Assembly (NCBI GenBank): GCA_025361045.1
Contig: JANYAZ010000309.1
Location: 1-49,055 of the forward strand
Direction of reading: 5' to 3'
Source: Geothrix sp.
GTDB lineage: Bacteria > Acidobacteriota > Holophagae > Holophagales > Holophagaceae
Length of the DNA: 49,055 nt
A program made the position numbers and the translations under genes. A model generated the notes under the pieces. It made no database searches. It was not told where the DNA came from and saw only the letters and a program-made list of their open reading frames with translations. Position 1 is the first letter of the stretch. Every line of letters begins with the position of its first letter. Shown one piece after another: positions 1-8,079 of the stretch.

Positions 1-4
1 TGCC

Positions 5-775
5 GTGACCTTGACGCCGAAGCGTGAGACTTCGCCCCATGACACGGCGGAGTACACCTTCGATGAAATCGTCGCGAGGTTAGAACAAGGGCGCCTTCAG
101 GTGGAGGCCACGGAGGTCGGTTCCCGGCTTGTCATGGCCCATGCCGAGGCACCTCCCCAGGACCGTCGTCACGCAAGAGGCCCGGCCTCACTTGCAGACG
201 AACGCCGAACCTATAAACCTCTGAATCTACCCACGCTCTTCCCGGAAAAGGGGCCGATCCTGATCCTTGTCGTCGGGGGCTTCGCCACGGACGCGTCGCT
301 GCATCAACCGTTGCCTTTCTGGGAGGACAGCCGTTCTGGTGGGTACCTGGTCTGGCAGGCACTTGGGCGCGCGGGCCTGCTCCACAAGAAGGATGCGGAT
401 TTCACCTTGGGTCGCGGGGGCTTCTGGGATCCAACCCCGCCTCGCACCTTGGGCCTGGCGATGACCCATGTGGGCTTCTGTCCTAAAAACGGCGAGGTGG
501 ATTTCAATCAGGTGGTGCACCCCTGGAACATTCACCGCCTCGAAACCCTGGTGGAAGGCTGCTGGAGTCGGTCCATGGACCGGCTCAAGATCATCACTCT
601 GGGGGAGGCCGCCCGATTCATGATGTGTGCCATTGCCTTCGGGATGCCGGGGATTCCGGTACTCTCCCTGCCTGAACCCACGCCGGAAGAATTGGCGCGC
701 AACCTGGGCCACGACTCGACCGGGGGGCTTTGGCTGGACTGGGCCTCAGACTTGCTGGCCATCGGTCGAAGCTGA
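5..775 (+). CDS. Hypothetical protein with a divergent uracil-DNA-glycosylase-like fold; the 5' end may lie outside the window
   Basis: Motif order ILVVGGFA..PF..SGGYLVWQALGRAGL..MTHVGFCP..KIITLGEAA..LPEPTP parallels UDG family 4/5 (VGEAPG..F.G.SG..L..TNAVKC.P..IVxLG..A..HPS). Confidence 0.5.
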   Translation: MTLTPKRETSPHDTAEYTFDEIVARLEQGRLQVEATEVGSRLVMAHAEAPPQDRRHARGPASLADERRTYKPLNLPTLFPEKGPILILVVGGFATDASLHQPLPFWEDSRSGGYLVWQALGRAGLLHKKDADFTLGRGGFWDPTPPRTLGLAMTHVGFCPKNGEVDFNQVVHPWNIHRLETLVEGCWSRSMDRLKIITLGEAARFMMCAIAFGMPGIPVLSLPEPTPEELARNLGHDSTGGLWLDWASDLLAIGRS

Positions 776-1240
776 ATTGGCAGGCTGGTGGGTCCCACGT
801 CCCGGCCCGGTGGTCCACAGCACTTGGATGGCCAGGAGCAACAACCCGGCATCTCGAAGGATGATCCAGCGCATGTCGGCCAGGCGCTCCGACTCCGTCC
901 CGGGTGTGCTGGCGCCGAAGCAACCGCAATCCACTGGATGCTGACGAATCAGATTGATGGAAAGGGCCAGGCTGAAGGACAGCAGCAGGGCCGCCACCCA
1001 CAGGGCCGCGGCCCGGACCCAGAGGCCGAGACAAAGAGCCAGGCCGGTGAAGAGTTCCAGCCAGGGCAGGATCAGGGCGAGTGGGGAGAGACTCCAGACT
1101 GGGAAGAGTTCATAGGCCCAGATGGCCTTGGTGAAGCCCGGTGGATCCATGATCTTGGGCAGGGCGGCGGCAATGAAGACCAAGCCCAGCAGGACCCGCA
1201 CAGCCATGGTCAGGTTCGGATGACTCAGCCAGCGTCTCAT
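746..1240 (-). CDS. MauE/DoxX family redox-associated membrane protein
   Basis: RVLLGLVFIAAALPKIMDP, LPWLEL and DCGCFG motifs; four hydrophobic segments. Confidence 0.85.
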   Translation of the reverse strand: MRRWLSHPNLTMAVRVLLGLVFIAAALPKIMDPPGFTKAIWAYELFPVWSLSPLALILPWLELFTGLALCLGLWVRAAALWVAALLLSFSLALSINLIRQHPVDCGCFGASTPGTESERLADMRWIILRDAGLLLLAIQVLWTTGPGRGTHQPANSASTDGQQV

Positions 1241-1884
1241 GGCTGGCCCTTGTCGATCGGGTGCCCCTGGGCCACCCAGTCAGGGAAACCATCGCGATAG
1301 ATGAGCAGGTGGAAGTAGCCCTCGTTTAAAAGTTTCGCGGCGAGGAGGTGGGAGTCCCTGCAGCTGCCACCACTGCAGTAGATGATGATGGGGTCCTCGG
1401 GACCAGGCCTGCGCGCGGCCTTGAAGGAGAGGAGCCGATCATCCAGGTCTGATTCCCAGATGGGGGTGCACCAGGCCCCGGGAATGTGGCCCTCGACGTA
1501 CTCAGCGCTTCGCCGTGCGTCAAGAAAGGGGACACCGGTTTGAAAGGCCTTCCAAGCCTCCTGGCTGGTGATCTCACGGATGGGATTCTCCGCGGTCGCA
1601 GCCTGGGGTTGCGGGGGTCGCAACGCTGACCCCTGGGGTTTGGCCAGAGGGGCAGGGCGGGCACGGGCAACGGGCTCTGATGGCGGGTTGGCCGACGGTT
1701 GGGACGGCATTGAAACCACTGTTCCTTCGCGCAGGGGGGTGGGCACTGGAGGAGCCAGGGCGTAACTCGACCAGGCCAGACGGCGCGAAGCTGAGGCCAG
1801 GGTATTGGACACCAAGGCCGCTAGAGCGGCCATTCCGGCCAATGCCAGCATCCGGGGAAAGGTGGATCGGAGGGAGAATGGCAT
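1237..1884 (-). CDS. Membrane-anchored/exported rhodanese-domain protein
   Basis: N-terminal hydrophobic segment, Pro-rich linker, FLDARRSAEYVEGHIPGA, IIIYCSGGSC, GFPDW; 4-bp overlap with the MauE gene; start moved to ATG 1884. Confidence 0.85.
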   Translation of the reverse strand: MPFSLRSTFPRMLALAGMAALAALVSNTLASASRRLAWSSYALAPPVPTPLREGTVVSMPSQPSANPPSEPVARARPAPLAKPQGSALRPPQPQAATAENPIREITSQEAWKAFQTGVPFLDARRSAEYVEGHIPGAWCTPIWESDLDDRLLSFKAARRPGPEDPIIIYCSGGSCRDSHLLAAKLLNEGYFHLLIYRDGFPDWVAQGHPIDKGQP

Positions 1885-1897
1885 GGGGCGATTCAGT

Positions 1898-2146
1898 TCA
1901 CAGCACGATGTACCGGTAGGTGCCGGGATTCTGCTCCTTGAGCAGCAGTTGGATCGTCCAGCGTCCATCGGGAAAACGCTCGAACATGGTGGCGCTCATG
2001 ACGGATTCCTTCAGCCAGTGCCGGATATCCTCGTAACCCTCGAAGACAGGTGGCTCCCAATTTTCGACCATGTCCGCATGCCTGGCCGAGCCGGGCTTGA
2101 GCCGGTCCATCAGTCTCGCCAGTGAGGTTTCGGGCTGGTGCATCAT
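1898..2146 (-). CDS. Small hypothetical protein (82 aa)
   Basis: Fills the gap between co-oriented genes; GGAG upstream of the start; protein-like composition. Confidence 0.6.
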   Translation of the reverse strand: MMHQPETSLARLMDRLKPGSARHADMVENWEPPVFEGYEDIRHWLKESVMSATMFERFPDGRWTIQLLLKEQNPGTYRYIVL

Positions 2147-2167
2147 CTGCTCCGGGGCTGAGGGCGT

Positions 2168-2563
2168 CTACTGACCTTGGCGGCTGGCGGCCGATCCATC
2201 GAGGAAATCCGATGGGCAACAGACATTCTCCGCACCGGGCTCGAGGGACTGGATGAGGGCTCGAAGCGAGACCTCACTGCCGACATCGAGGGCCCTGGAG
2301 AAGGCGATGGCGATGCCTCGCGCATCGGCCCTGACCACCGTCCCCCGGGTCACGACCCGCTTGCCGGGCTCCCCTGCCCCGAGCAGGATCGCCACGCCAC
2401 AATTGGTACCAACGGCCAAGGGATGGCTTCCATCCAGCAACATGCCACCCATGCTGAGATCGATGGCGGACGGGAAGCTGAGCATGGTGTCCTCGACGAT
2501 CAGCCTCACCTCGTAGGCAATGGGGATGCGGCGGAAGCGGCGCTTTTCAGGGGTTGGGGGCAT
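2168..2563 (-). CDS. PilZ-domain protein (c-di-GMP receptor-like)
   Basis: EKRRFRR (RxxxR) and DLSMGG (DxSxxG) motifs; start set at ATG 2563. Confidence 0.85.
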   Translation of the reverse strand: MPPTPEKRRFRRIPIAYEVRLIVEDTMLSFPSAIDLSMGGMLLDGSHPLAVGTNCGVAILLGAGEPGKRVVTRGTVVRADARGIAIAFSRALDVGSEVSLRALIQSLEPGAENVCCPSDFLDGSAASRQGQ

Positions 2564-2609
2564 GGGTGGGATCCGGGTCTGGGCATGATAGCGCGCCCCT
2601 GCGCCGGGC

Positions 2610-4322
2610 TCATGGCTTCCTGGGGGACTGGTAGGCCTGGTCATGGACATCCAGGACGGCCCGGCCGGAAGGGTCGGTCATCTTGGCGAAGGAGGCGTCC
2701 CAGCGCAGGGCCGTCTCCGTGCTGCAGGCCACGCTGCGCTCGAAGGGCACGCAGTTCACGGCGGTGGCGCTGGGGAAGTGGTGCTCGAAGAGCTGGCGGT
2801 AGAAGTAGGCCTCTTTGGTTTCCGGCGTCTTCACCGGGAAGCGCTCGGCAGCCCCGGCCATCATGCTGTCGCTGATCTCCCGTTCCGCCGTGGCCTTGAG
2901 GGCATTGATCCAGGCATAACCGACGCCATCGGAGAACTGCTCTTTCTGGCGCCAGAGCACCTCATCGGGGATGAAGCCATCAAAGGCCTGCCGCAGGGGG
3001 AACTTCTCGATGGGCCGGGGGCGGGCGGCGTTGCGCGGCAGCTTCACCGAGGGATCCATGCGCATGGCCACGTCCAGGAACTCGCGGTCCAGGAAGGGCA
3101 CGCGGGCCTCGACGCCCCAGGCGGCGCTGGACTTGTTGGCCCGGGCGCAGTCGTAGAGGTGCAGCTTCTGAAGCTTTCGCACGGTCTCGAAATGGAGCTC
3201 CGGCCCGTCCGGGGCCTTGTGGAAGTACAGATAGCCGCCGAAGATCTCGTCCGCGCCCTCGCCGGACAGCACCATCTTGATGCCCATGGCGCGGATCTTC
3301 CGCATGAGGAGGTACATGGGCGTCGAGGCCCGGAGGGTGGTGACGTCGAAGCTTTCGATGTGGTAGATCACGTCGGAGAGGGCGTCCAGGCCCTCCTGCA
3401 CGGTGAAATGGATCTCGTGGTGGATGGCGCCGATGTGGTCGGCCACGAGGCGGGCCGGCGCCAGGTCCGGCGCACCTTTTAGGCCGATGGCGAAGGAGTG
3501 GATCCGGGGCCACCAGGCGGGCGCTGAGCCGCCCTCCTCCACGCGGCCTTCGCGGTACTGGGCGGCGATGGCCGAGACCAGTGATGAGTCCACGCCGCCG
3601 GAGATGAGCACACCGTAGGGCACGTCGCACATGAGTTGGCGCCGCACGGCGGCCTCCAGCGCGGCGCGGAGTCTGGCCGGGTCATAGGGCTCCGAGGGGA
3701 CATGTCCTGGCGCGGCCCAGTCCGGCTCGTAGTAGCGCTGGAAGCCCTTGTCGGCCTCGTGGCCCAGGAAGAAGTGGCCCGGGGGCACCTCGCGGATGCG
3801 CTCGCAGTGGCCCACGAGGGCCTTCATTTCGGAGGCGACATACAGGTGGTCGTGGCGGTCCCAGCCCACGTAGAGGGGGATGACGCCGATGGGATCCCGG
3901 GCGATGAGGTAGGTTTCGCGCTTGGGATCGTAGAGCACAAAGGCGAAGATCCCGTTCATGCGGTTGAGGAAGTCGCGGGGTTTGAGTTCGTCGTAGAGGT
4001 AGAGGATCACTTCACAGTCCGACAAGGTCTGGAAGTCGTGGGACTCTTTCAGGCCATGTCGGAGTTCCTGGTGGTTGTAGATTTCTCCGTTGACCGCCAG
4101 CACCGTGCCCTGGAGGGTGTCGATGAGGGGCTGGGCCCCATGTTCGACATCCACGATGGAAAGCCGCTCATGGACCAGGATGGCCCGGTCGTCGCTGAAG
4201 ATGCCGCTCCAGTCCGGCCCGCGGTGGCGGATCTTGCGGGCCATGGCCAGGGCTTGGCGCCGCAGGTCGGCCACCGGGGACTTTACCGGATCCAGATCGA
4301 GGATGCTGACGATGCCGCACAT
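2610..4322 (-). CDS. asnB: Asparagine synthetase B (glutamine-hydrolysing)
   Basis: MCGI N-terminus (Ntn Cys), HRGPD, NGEIYNH, SGGVDSS, SGEGADE; GGAG SD before ATG 4322. Confidence 0.97.
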   Translation of the reverse strand: MCGIVSILDLDPVKSPVADLRRQALAMARKIRHRGPDWSGIFSDDRAILVHERLSIVDVEHGAQPLIDTLQGTVLAVNGEIYNHQELRHGLKESHDFQTLSDCEVILYLYDELKPRDFLNRMNGIFAFVLYDPKRETYLIARDPIGVIPLYVGWDRHDHLYVASEMKALVGHCERIREVPPGHFFLGHEADKGFQRYYEPDWAAPGHVPSEPYDPARLRAALEAAVRRQLMCDVPYGVLISGGVDSSLVSAIAAQYREGRVEEGGSAPAWWPRIHSFAIGLKGAPDLAPARLVADHIGAIHHEIHFTVQEGLDALSDVIYHIESFDVTTLRASTPMYLLMRKIRAMGIKMVLSGEGADEIFGGYLYFHKAPDGPELHFETVRKLQKLHLYDCARANKSSAAWGVEARVPFLDREFLDVAMRMDPSVKLPRNAARPRPIEKFPLRQAFDGFIPDEVLWRQKEQFSDGVGYAWINALKATAEREISDSMMAGAAERFPVKTPETKEAYFYRQLFEHHFPSATAVNCVPFERSVACSTETALRWDASFAKMTDPSGRAVLDVHDQAYQSPRKP

Positions 4323-4331
4323 GGGAACTCC

Positions 4332-4370
4332 AAAAAGAAATAACCCCGATCCGCTGTCGCGAATCGGGGT
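4332..4370 (-). terminator. Intrinsic terminator (attenuator 3:4 hairpin) immediately upstream of asnB
   Basis: Minus strand ACCCCGATTCGC-GACA-GCGGATCGGGGT (12 bp with one G.U, GNRA loop) followed by TATTTCTTTTT. Confidence 0.9.
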
Positions 4371-4390
4371 GGTCCGGGGTGTCAGGAATC

Positions 4391-4477
4391 TTAGGAGAGA
4401 CCCTTGCCGGCCCACGCGCGATTCGCGCGAGGGAGGCGATTGGTATTGCGGTTGGGCCGCAGGGGGGAAAGGGTCAT
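4391..4477 (-). CDS. Putative asnB leader peptide [28 protein letters not shown] (28 aa, 4 Asn)
   Basis: Translated by hand from ATG 4477 to TAA 4391; Asn at codons 9, 11, 13 and 19; overlaps alternative hairpins; below the ORF-track size cutoff. Confidence 0.8.
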   Translation of the reverse strand: MTLSPLRPNRNTNRLPRANRAWAGKGLS

Positions 4478-4492
4478 GGGTTACCTGATAGA

Positions 4493-4522
4493 ACCTTATC
4501 GGTCCCCTTCACGGATCGTCAA
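4493..4522 (-). promoter_or_regulatory. Sigma70-type promoter for the asnB leader
   Basis: TTGACG (4522-4517) - 18 nt - TAAGGT (4498-4493), 15 nt before the leader ATG. Confidence 0.6.
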
Positions 4523-4586
4523 GGCTCGATTGAAAAAGGTGGTTCCTCTTGCTCTTGATGATGAAATGGTCCGGTTGGAGGCCCGA

Positions 4587-5618
4587 ATGAAAGCCCTGTT
4601 GAAGACGAAACGCGAGGAAGGCATCTGGATGGGGGATGTCCCCATGCCCGAGGTGGGGCCCAATGACGTGCTGATCCGCGTGCACAAGAGCGCCATCTGC
4701 GGCACCGATGTCCACATCTACAACTGGGACGAGTGGGCCCAGAAGACCATTCCCGTGCCCATGGTGGTGGGCCACGAATACGTGGGCGTCATCGAGCAGG
4801 TGGGCGCCGAGGTGGAGGGCTATCACCCGGGCGACCGGGTTAGCGGGGAGGGGCATATCACCTGCGGCCACTGCCGCAACTGCCGGGCGGGCAAGCGCCA
4901 CCTCTGCCGCAACACCGTGGGTGTGGGGGTGAATCGCTCGGGCTCCTTCGCCGAGTACCTGTCCATTCCCGCTTTCAACGTGTTCAAGGTGCCCGACAAC
5001 GTACCCGATGATGTGGCTGCCATCTTCGACCCGTACGGCAATGCCGCCCACACAGCTCTTAGCTTCGACATGGTGGGAGAGGACGTTCTCATCACCGGTG
5101 CTGGCCCCATCGGCATCATGGCCGTGGCCATCGCCAAACACGTAGGCGCGCGCCATGTGGTCATCACCGATGTGAACGACTATCGGCTCGACCTGGCCCG
5201 GAAGATGGGTGCCACGGTTGCCGTGAATCCCACGAAGAAGAGCCTTCCCGAAGTGATGAAGGACCTGGGTATGACCGAAGGCTTCGATGTGGGCCTTGAG
5301 ATGAGCGGCAATCGCAATGCCTTCGAATCGATGCTCGAGGCCATGCACCACGGTGGCCGCGTCGCCCTGCTGGGCATCCTCCCCGGCGACTGCGCCATCG
5401 ACTGGAGTCAGGTGATCTTCAAGGGGCTGATCCTGAAGGGCATCTATGGCCGGGAGATGTTCGAGACCTGGTACAAGATGGCCGCCATGGTCCAGAGCGG
5501 CCTGGATATCACCCCGGTCATCACCCACCACTACGGCATCGACGACTTCCAGAAGGGCTTCGACGCCATGCGCAGCGGGCAGAGCGGGAAGGTGATTCTG
5601 AATTGGGGGGTACGTTAG
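4587..5618 (+). CDS. tdh: L-threonine 3-dehydrogenase
   Basis: MKAL.., [55 protein letters not shown]; GGAGG SD. Confidence 0.97.
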   Translation: MKALLKTKREEGIWMGDVPMPEVGPNDVLIRVHKSAICGTDVHIYNWDEWAQKTIPVPMVVGHEYVGVIEQVGAEVEGYHPGDRVSGEGHITCGHCRNCRAGKRHLCRNTVGVGVNRSGSFAEYLSIPAFNVFKVPDNVPDDVAAIFDPYGNAAHTALSFDMVGEDVLITGAGPIGIMAVAIAKHVGARHVVITDVNDYRLDLARKMGATVAVNPTKKSLPEVMKDLGMTEGFDVGLEMSGNRNAFESMLEAMHHGGRVALLGILPGDCAIDWSQVIFKGLILKGIYGREMFETWYKMAAMVQSGLDITPVITHHYGIDDFQKGFDAMRSGQSGKVILNWGVR

Positions 5619-5642
5619 GTTGTTGCATTGAGGCAACACCTG

Positions 5643-5670
5643 CAAAATGCGGCCCCTGGCCGCATTTTGT
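5643..5670. terminator. Probable bidirectional terminator between convergent genes
   Basis: CAAAATGCGGCC-CCT-GGCCGCATTTTG perfect 12-bp stem, flanked by two further hairpins (about 5617-5641 and 5673-5693). Confidence 0.65.
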
Positions 5671-5717
5671 TAGCTGCGCACGACGTGCGCAGCCGGGCCT
5701 CGCGGCTGACTGGAACC

Positions 5718-6341
5718 TCAACGAATCGGCTGCGGCTGTGGCACGGGGGGGAAGGACCCCTCGCCCCAGGGGGCTCCGTCCTTGATGAGGATGTCAGCGG
5801 CAAGTCCTTCACCACCTGGCTGGAGATCGGTGCCCAGGCAGGCGAGGTAGTAGCCGTCGAGTTTGGTGTTGAACCGTTGCTTGGCGGGCCCCCGCTTGAC
5901 CTGGAATTCCTCGATGGGCCGTGTGACGTAGGGATGGTACAGGAAGGGATGCCCCCAGGGGGTCTCCGGGACCTGATCGAGGTATTCGGGCACCAGGTCG
6001 CTCACGGTCACCGGATATTCACCCTTATTGCTCTTGTAGCGGATCAGGGCATCTGAAATGCGTTTCATGGCGGAGCGGACCTGTTTCTGGCGATCGGCCA
6101 TGTCCCGGTTCACGAAGGCTTCGATGAGATAGAGGTCCCGCTTGGCCTGCTGTGCCGCCTCAGTGTCGGGATAGCGCTCGGTCAGCTGTTTCATCATGGC
6201 CCTGGCCTCGAGGCTTCGGCCTTCGAGGTTGAGCTTCCGGGCCTCCTCATAGAGGTTGGCGGGCAGCCGCGGATCTTCAGAACTGCAACCGGCCGCCATC
6301 AGCATGAGGGCCAGGACAGGGGCGAGGCGGCGGTAGAGCAT
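5718..6341 (-). CDS. Lipoprotein with a TPR-like helix pair and a C-terminal GspG (T2SS pseudopilin)-like domain
   Basis: Signal MLYRRLAPVLALMLMAAG-C; ALIRYKSNKGEYP, VPETPWGHPFLY and LGTDLQPGGEGLAADI resemble the GspG globular domain. Confidence 0.7.
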   Translation of the reverse strand: MLYRRLAPVLALMLMAAGCSSEDPRLPANLYEEARKLNLEGRSLEARAMMKQLTERYPDTEAAQQAKRDLYLIEAFVNRDMADRQKQVRSAMKRISDALIRYKSNKGEYPVTVSDLVPEYLDQVPETPWGHPFLYHPYVTRPIEEFQVKRGPAKQRFNTKLDGYYLACLGTDLQPGGEGLAADILIKDGAPWGEGSFPPVPQPQPIR

Positions 6342-6506
6342 GGTCCGAACCATAGCAGAGGCAGGGGCTTCATTGAAGTGGTCCGTCTTGGAAAACAGTG
6401 TGTCTGGGCCTGGGATGAGGTCATCTGATGGGCCCCGACCGAACCTCCAGAAAAGCATCGGTTATTCCGCCACGGCCCCTAAGATGGAAGGGTGAAAGGG
6501 GGCGTC

Positions 6507-7160
6507 ATGACGGACAGGCCGATGCTCATAGGCATCGTGGGGGGGTCCGGCAGCGGCAAGACCTCGGTGGCCGTAGAACTGGTCAAACGGCTGCGTAAAA
6601 AGACCGTGGCCACGATGCTCCTGGACATGGACGCCTACTATGCCCCGTTGGAAGTGGTGAAGGGGCGCTTCGATGGGCGCCCTGTGAACTGGGACCACCC
6701 CCATGCTTTTGACCTTGAACTGATGGCCACCCACCTATCGGCCCTCCACCGCGGTGAGACCATCCGCAAACCCCTCTACGACTTCAGGCTCTCTGATCGC
6801 ACGGGTTGGGAACCCGCCGTTCCCCCCGGCCAGGTCGTCATCCTGGAGGGGCTGCTGCTGTTCGCGCTGCCAGAGCTTCGGGATCAGCTGGACATGAAGA
6901 TCTTCGTGGACACGGATGCTGACATCCGGATTCTGCGACGCATCCGAAGGGACACGCGAGAACGGGGCCGCAGCCTGGAGAGCGTCATGGACCAGTACGA
7001 GAACAGCGTTCGGCCCATGCATCTCGAGTTTGTCGAGCCCAGCAAGCGGTGGGCTGACCTCATCGTTCCCACGGGCGTGGAGAACCGTACGGCCCTGGAT
7101 GTCATCACCCACCACATCTGCAGCCGGGTCGGCAACCAGGAAGGGGCTTCGCGTGTTTGA
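6507..7160 (+). CDS. udk: Uridine kinase
   Basis: GGSGSGKT P-loop, NWDHPHAFD, KIFVDTDADIRILRRIRRD, FVEPSKRWAD; alternative GTG start at 6492. Confidence 0.95.
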   Translation: MTDRPMLIGIVGGSGSGKTSVAVELVKRLRKKTVATMLLDMDAYYAPLEVVKGRFDGRPVNWDHPHAFDLELMATHLSALHRGETIRKPLYDFRLSDRTGWEPAVPPGQVVILEGLLLFALPELRDQLDMKIFVDTDADIRILRRIRRDTRERGRSLESVMDQYENSVRPMHLEFVEPSKRWADLIVPTGVENRTALDVITHHICSRVGNQEGASRV

Positions 7161-7473
7161 ATCCGGCCCCCATCTCGATGCCGAGACCTTCCAGGGCCTG
7201 GATCCAACCCTCGTGCAGATCCTCGACGTGCGTGAACAGTGGGAGTACGAACGGGCCCGGATTTCTGGTGCCGTGCTCATCCCCCTCAGTGAACTGGCGG
7301 ACCGCGTGGGAGAACTCGACGCCAATCGCCCGCTGGCCGCCTACTGTCACCACGGCATGCGAAGCCTTCAGGCCTTGCGCTTTCTCCAGTCGGTGGGTTT
7401 TTCGGAGCTGGCCCACTTATCGGGCGGCATCGATGCCTTCAGCCGTCTGGATCCCTCAGTGCCGAGGTACTGA
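7153..7473 (+). CDS. Single-domain rhodanese (sulfurtransferase)
   Basis: ILDVREQWEY, YCHHGMRS, LSGGIDA; GTG start overlapping the end of udk. Confidence 0.88.
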   Translation: MFESGPHLDAETFQGLDPTLVQILDVREQWEYERARISGAVLIPLSELADRVGELDANRPLAAYCHHGMRSLQALRFLQSVGFSELAHLSGGIDAFSRLDPSVPRY

Positions 7474-8078
7474 TGAGGTTGCTGCATCGCCACCCGGAGG
7501 GTTTCGATCCCGCAGTGCCATGGGTGCAGGAATCGGAGAGCGTGCGTCAGGATTCACGGCTGTTTCGGCAGATTGTGGCGCAGCGACGGAGTCCCCACAC
7601 TGGGCGTGAGCATGCCTTCTACCGGCTCCAGGGCCCTGACTGGGTGAATGTGGTGGCCTTCACCCGGTCAGGCGAGCTGTTGGCGGTAGAGCAGTTCCGC
7701 CATGGCATCGACGAAGCAACCCTCGAGATCCCCGGGGGTGGCTGCGATCACGGGGAGGCTCCCGAGGAGGCCGCCCGGCGGGAGCTCCGCGAGGAAACGG
7801 GCTTCGTGTCCCAGCACTGGGTGCCACTGGGTTCCTGCACCCCCAATCCCGCCACCCAGAACAACCGCTGTCATACGTTTTTGGCGCTGGACTGTGATGC
7901 CGCTGGTGAGCTGGCCCTGGATCCGGCCGAGGAACTCCAGGTCTGGGCGATTTCCTGGGCGGAGTGGCAGCTCCTGATGCGGCGGGGTGAGATTCACCAT
8001 GCCCTTGTGCTGTCTGCCTTCCAACTCCTCAGCCTTTGGGAAGGCTGGCCTGATCTGCTTCGACGGTTGGAGGTCTGA
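7473..8078 (+). CDS. NUDIX hydrolase (ADP-ribose pyrophosphatase-like)
   Basis: Nudix box GGCDHGEAPEEAARRELREETG preceded by QFRHG..LEIPGG. Confidence 0.92.
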   Translation: MRLLHRHPEGFDPAVPWVQESESVRQDSRLFRQIVAQRRSPHTGREHAFYRLQGPDWVNVVAFTRSGELLAVEQFRHGIDEATLEIPGGGCDHGEAPEEAARRELREETGFVSQHWVPLGSCTPNPATQNNRCHTFLALDCDAAGELALDPAEELQVWAISWAEWQLLMRRGEIHHALVLSAFQLLSLWEGWPDLLRRLEV

Positions 8079-8079
8079 G

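Noticed and set aside
4332-4500. T-box or metabolite riboswitch upstream of asnB
   Set aside because: No T-box UGGNACC antiterminator bulge or Stem I motifs recognised; the leader ORF plus alternative hairpins explain the region
4323-4586. Upstream extensions of asnB (to 4415) and tdh (to 4404) in the ORF track
   Set aside because: AsnB needs Cys at position 2 and Tdh starts at MKAL with an SD; the region is regulatory
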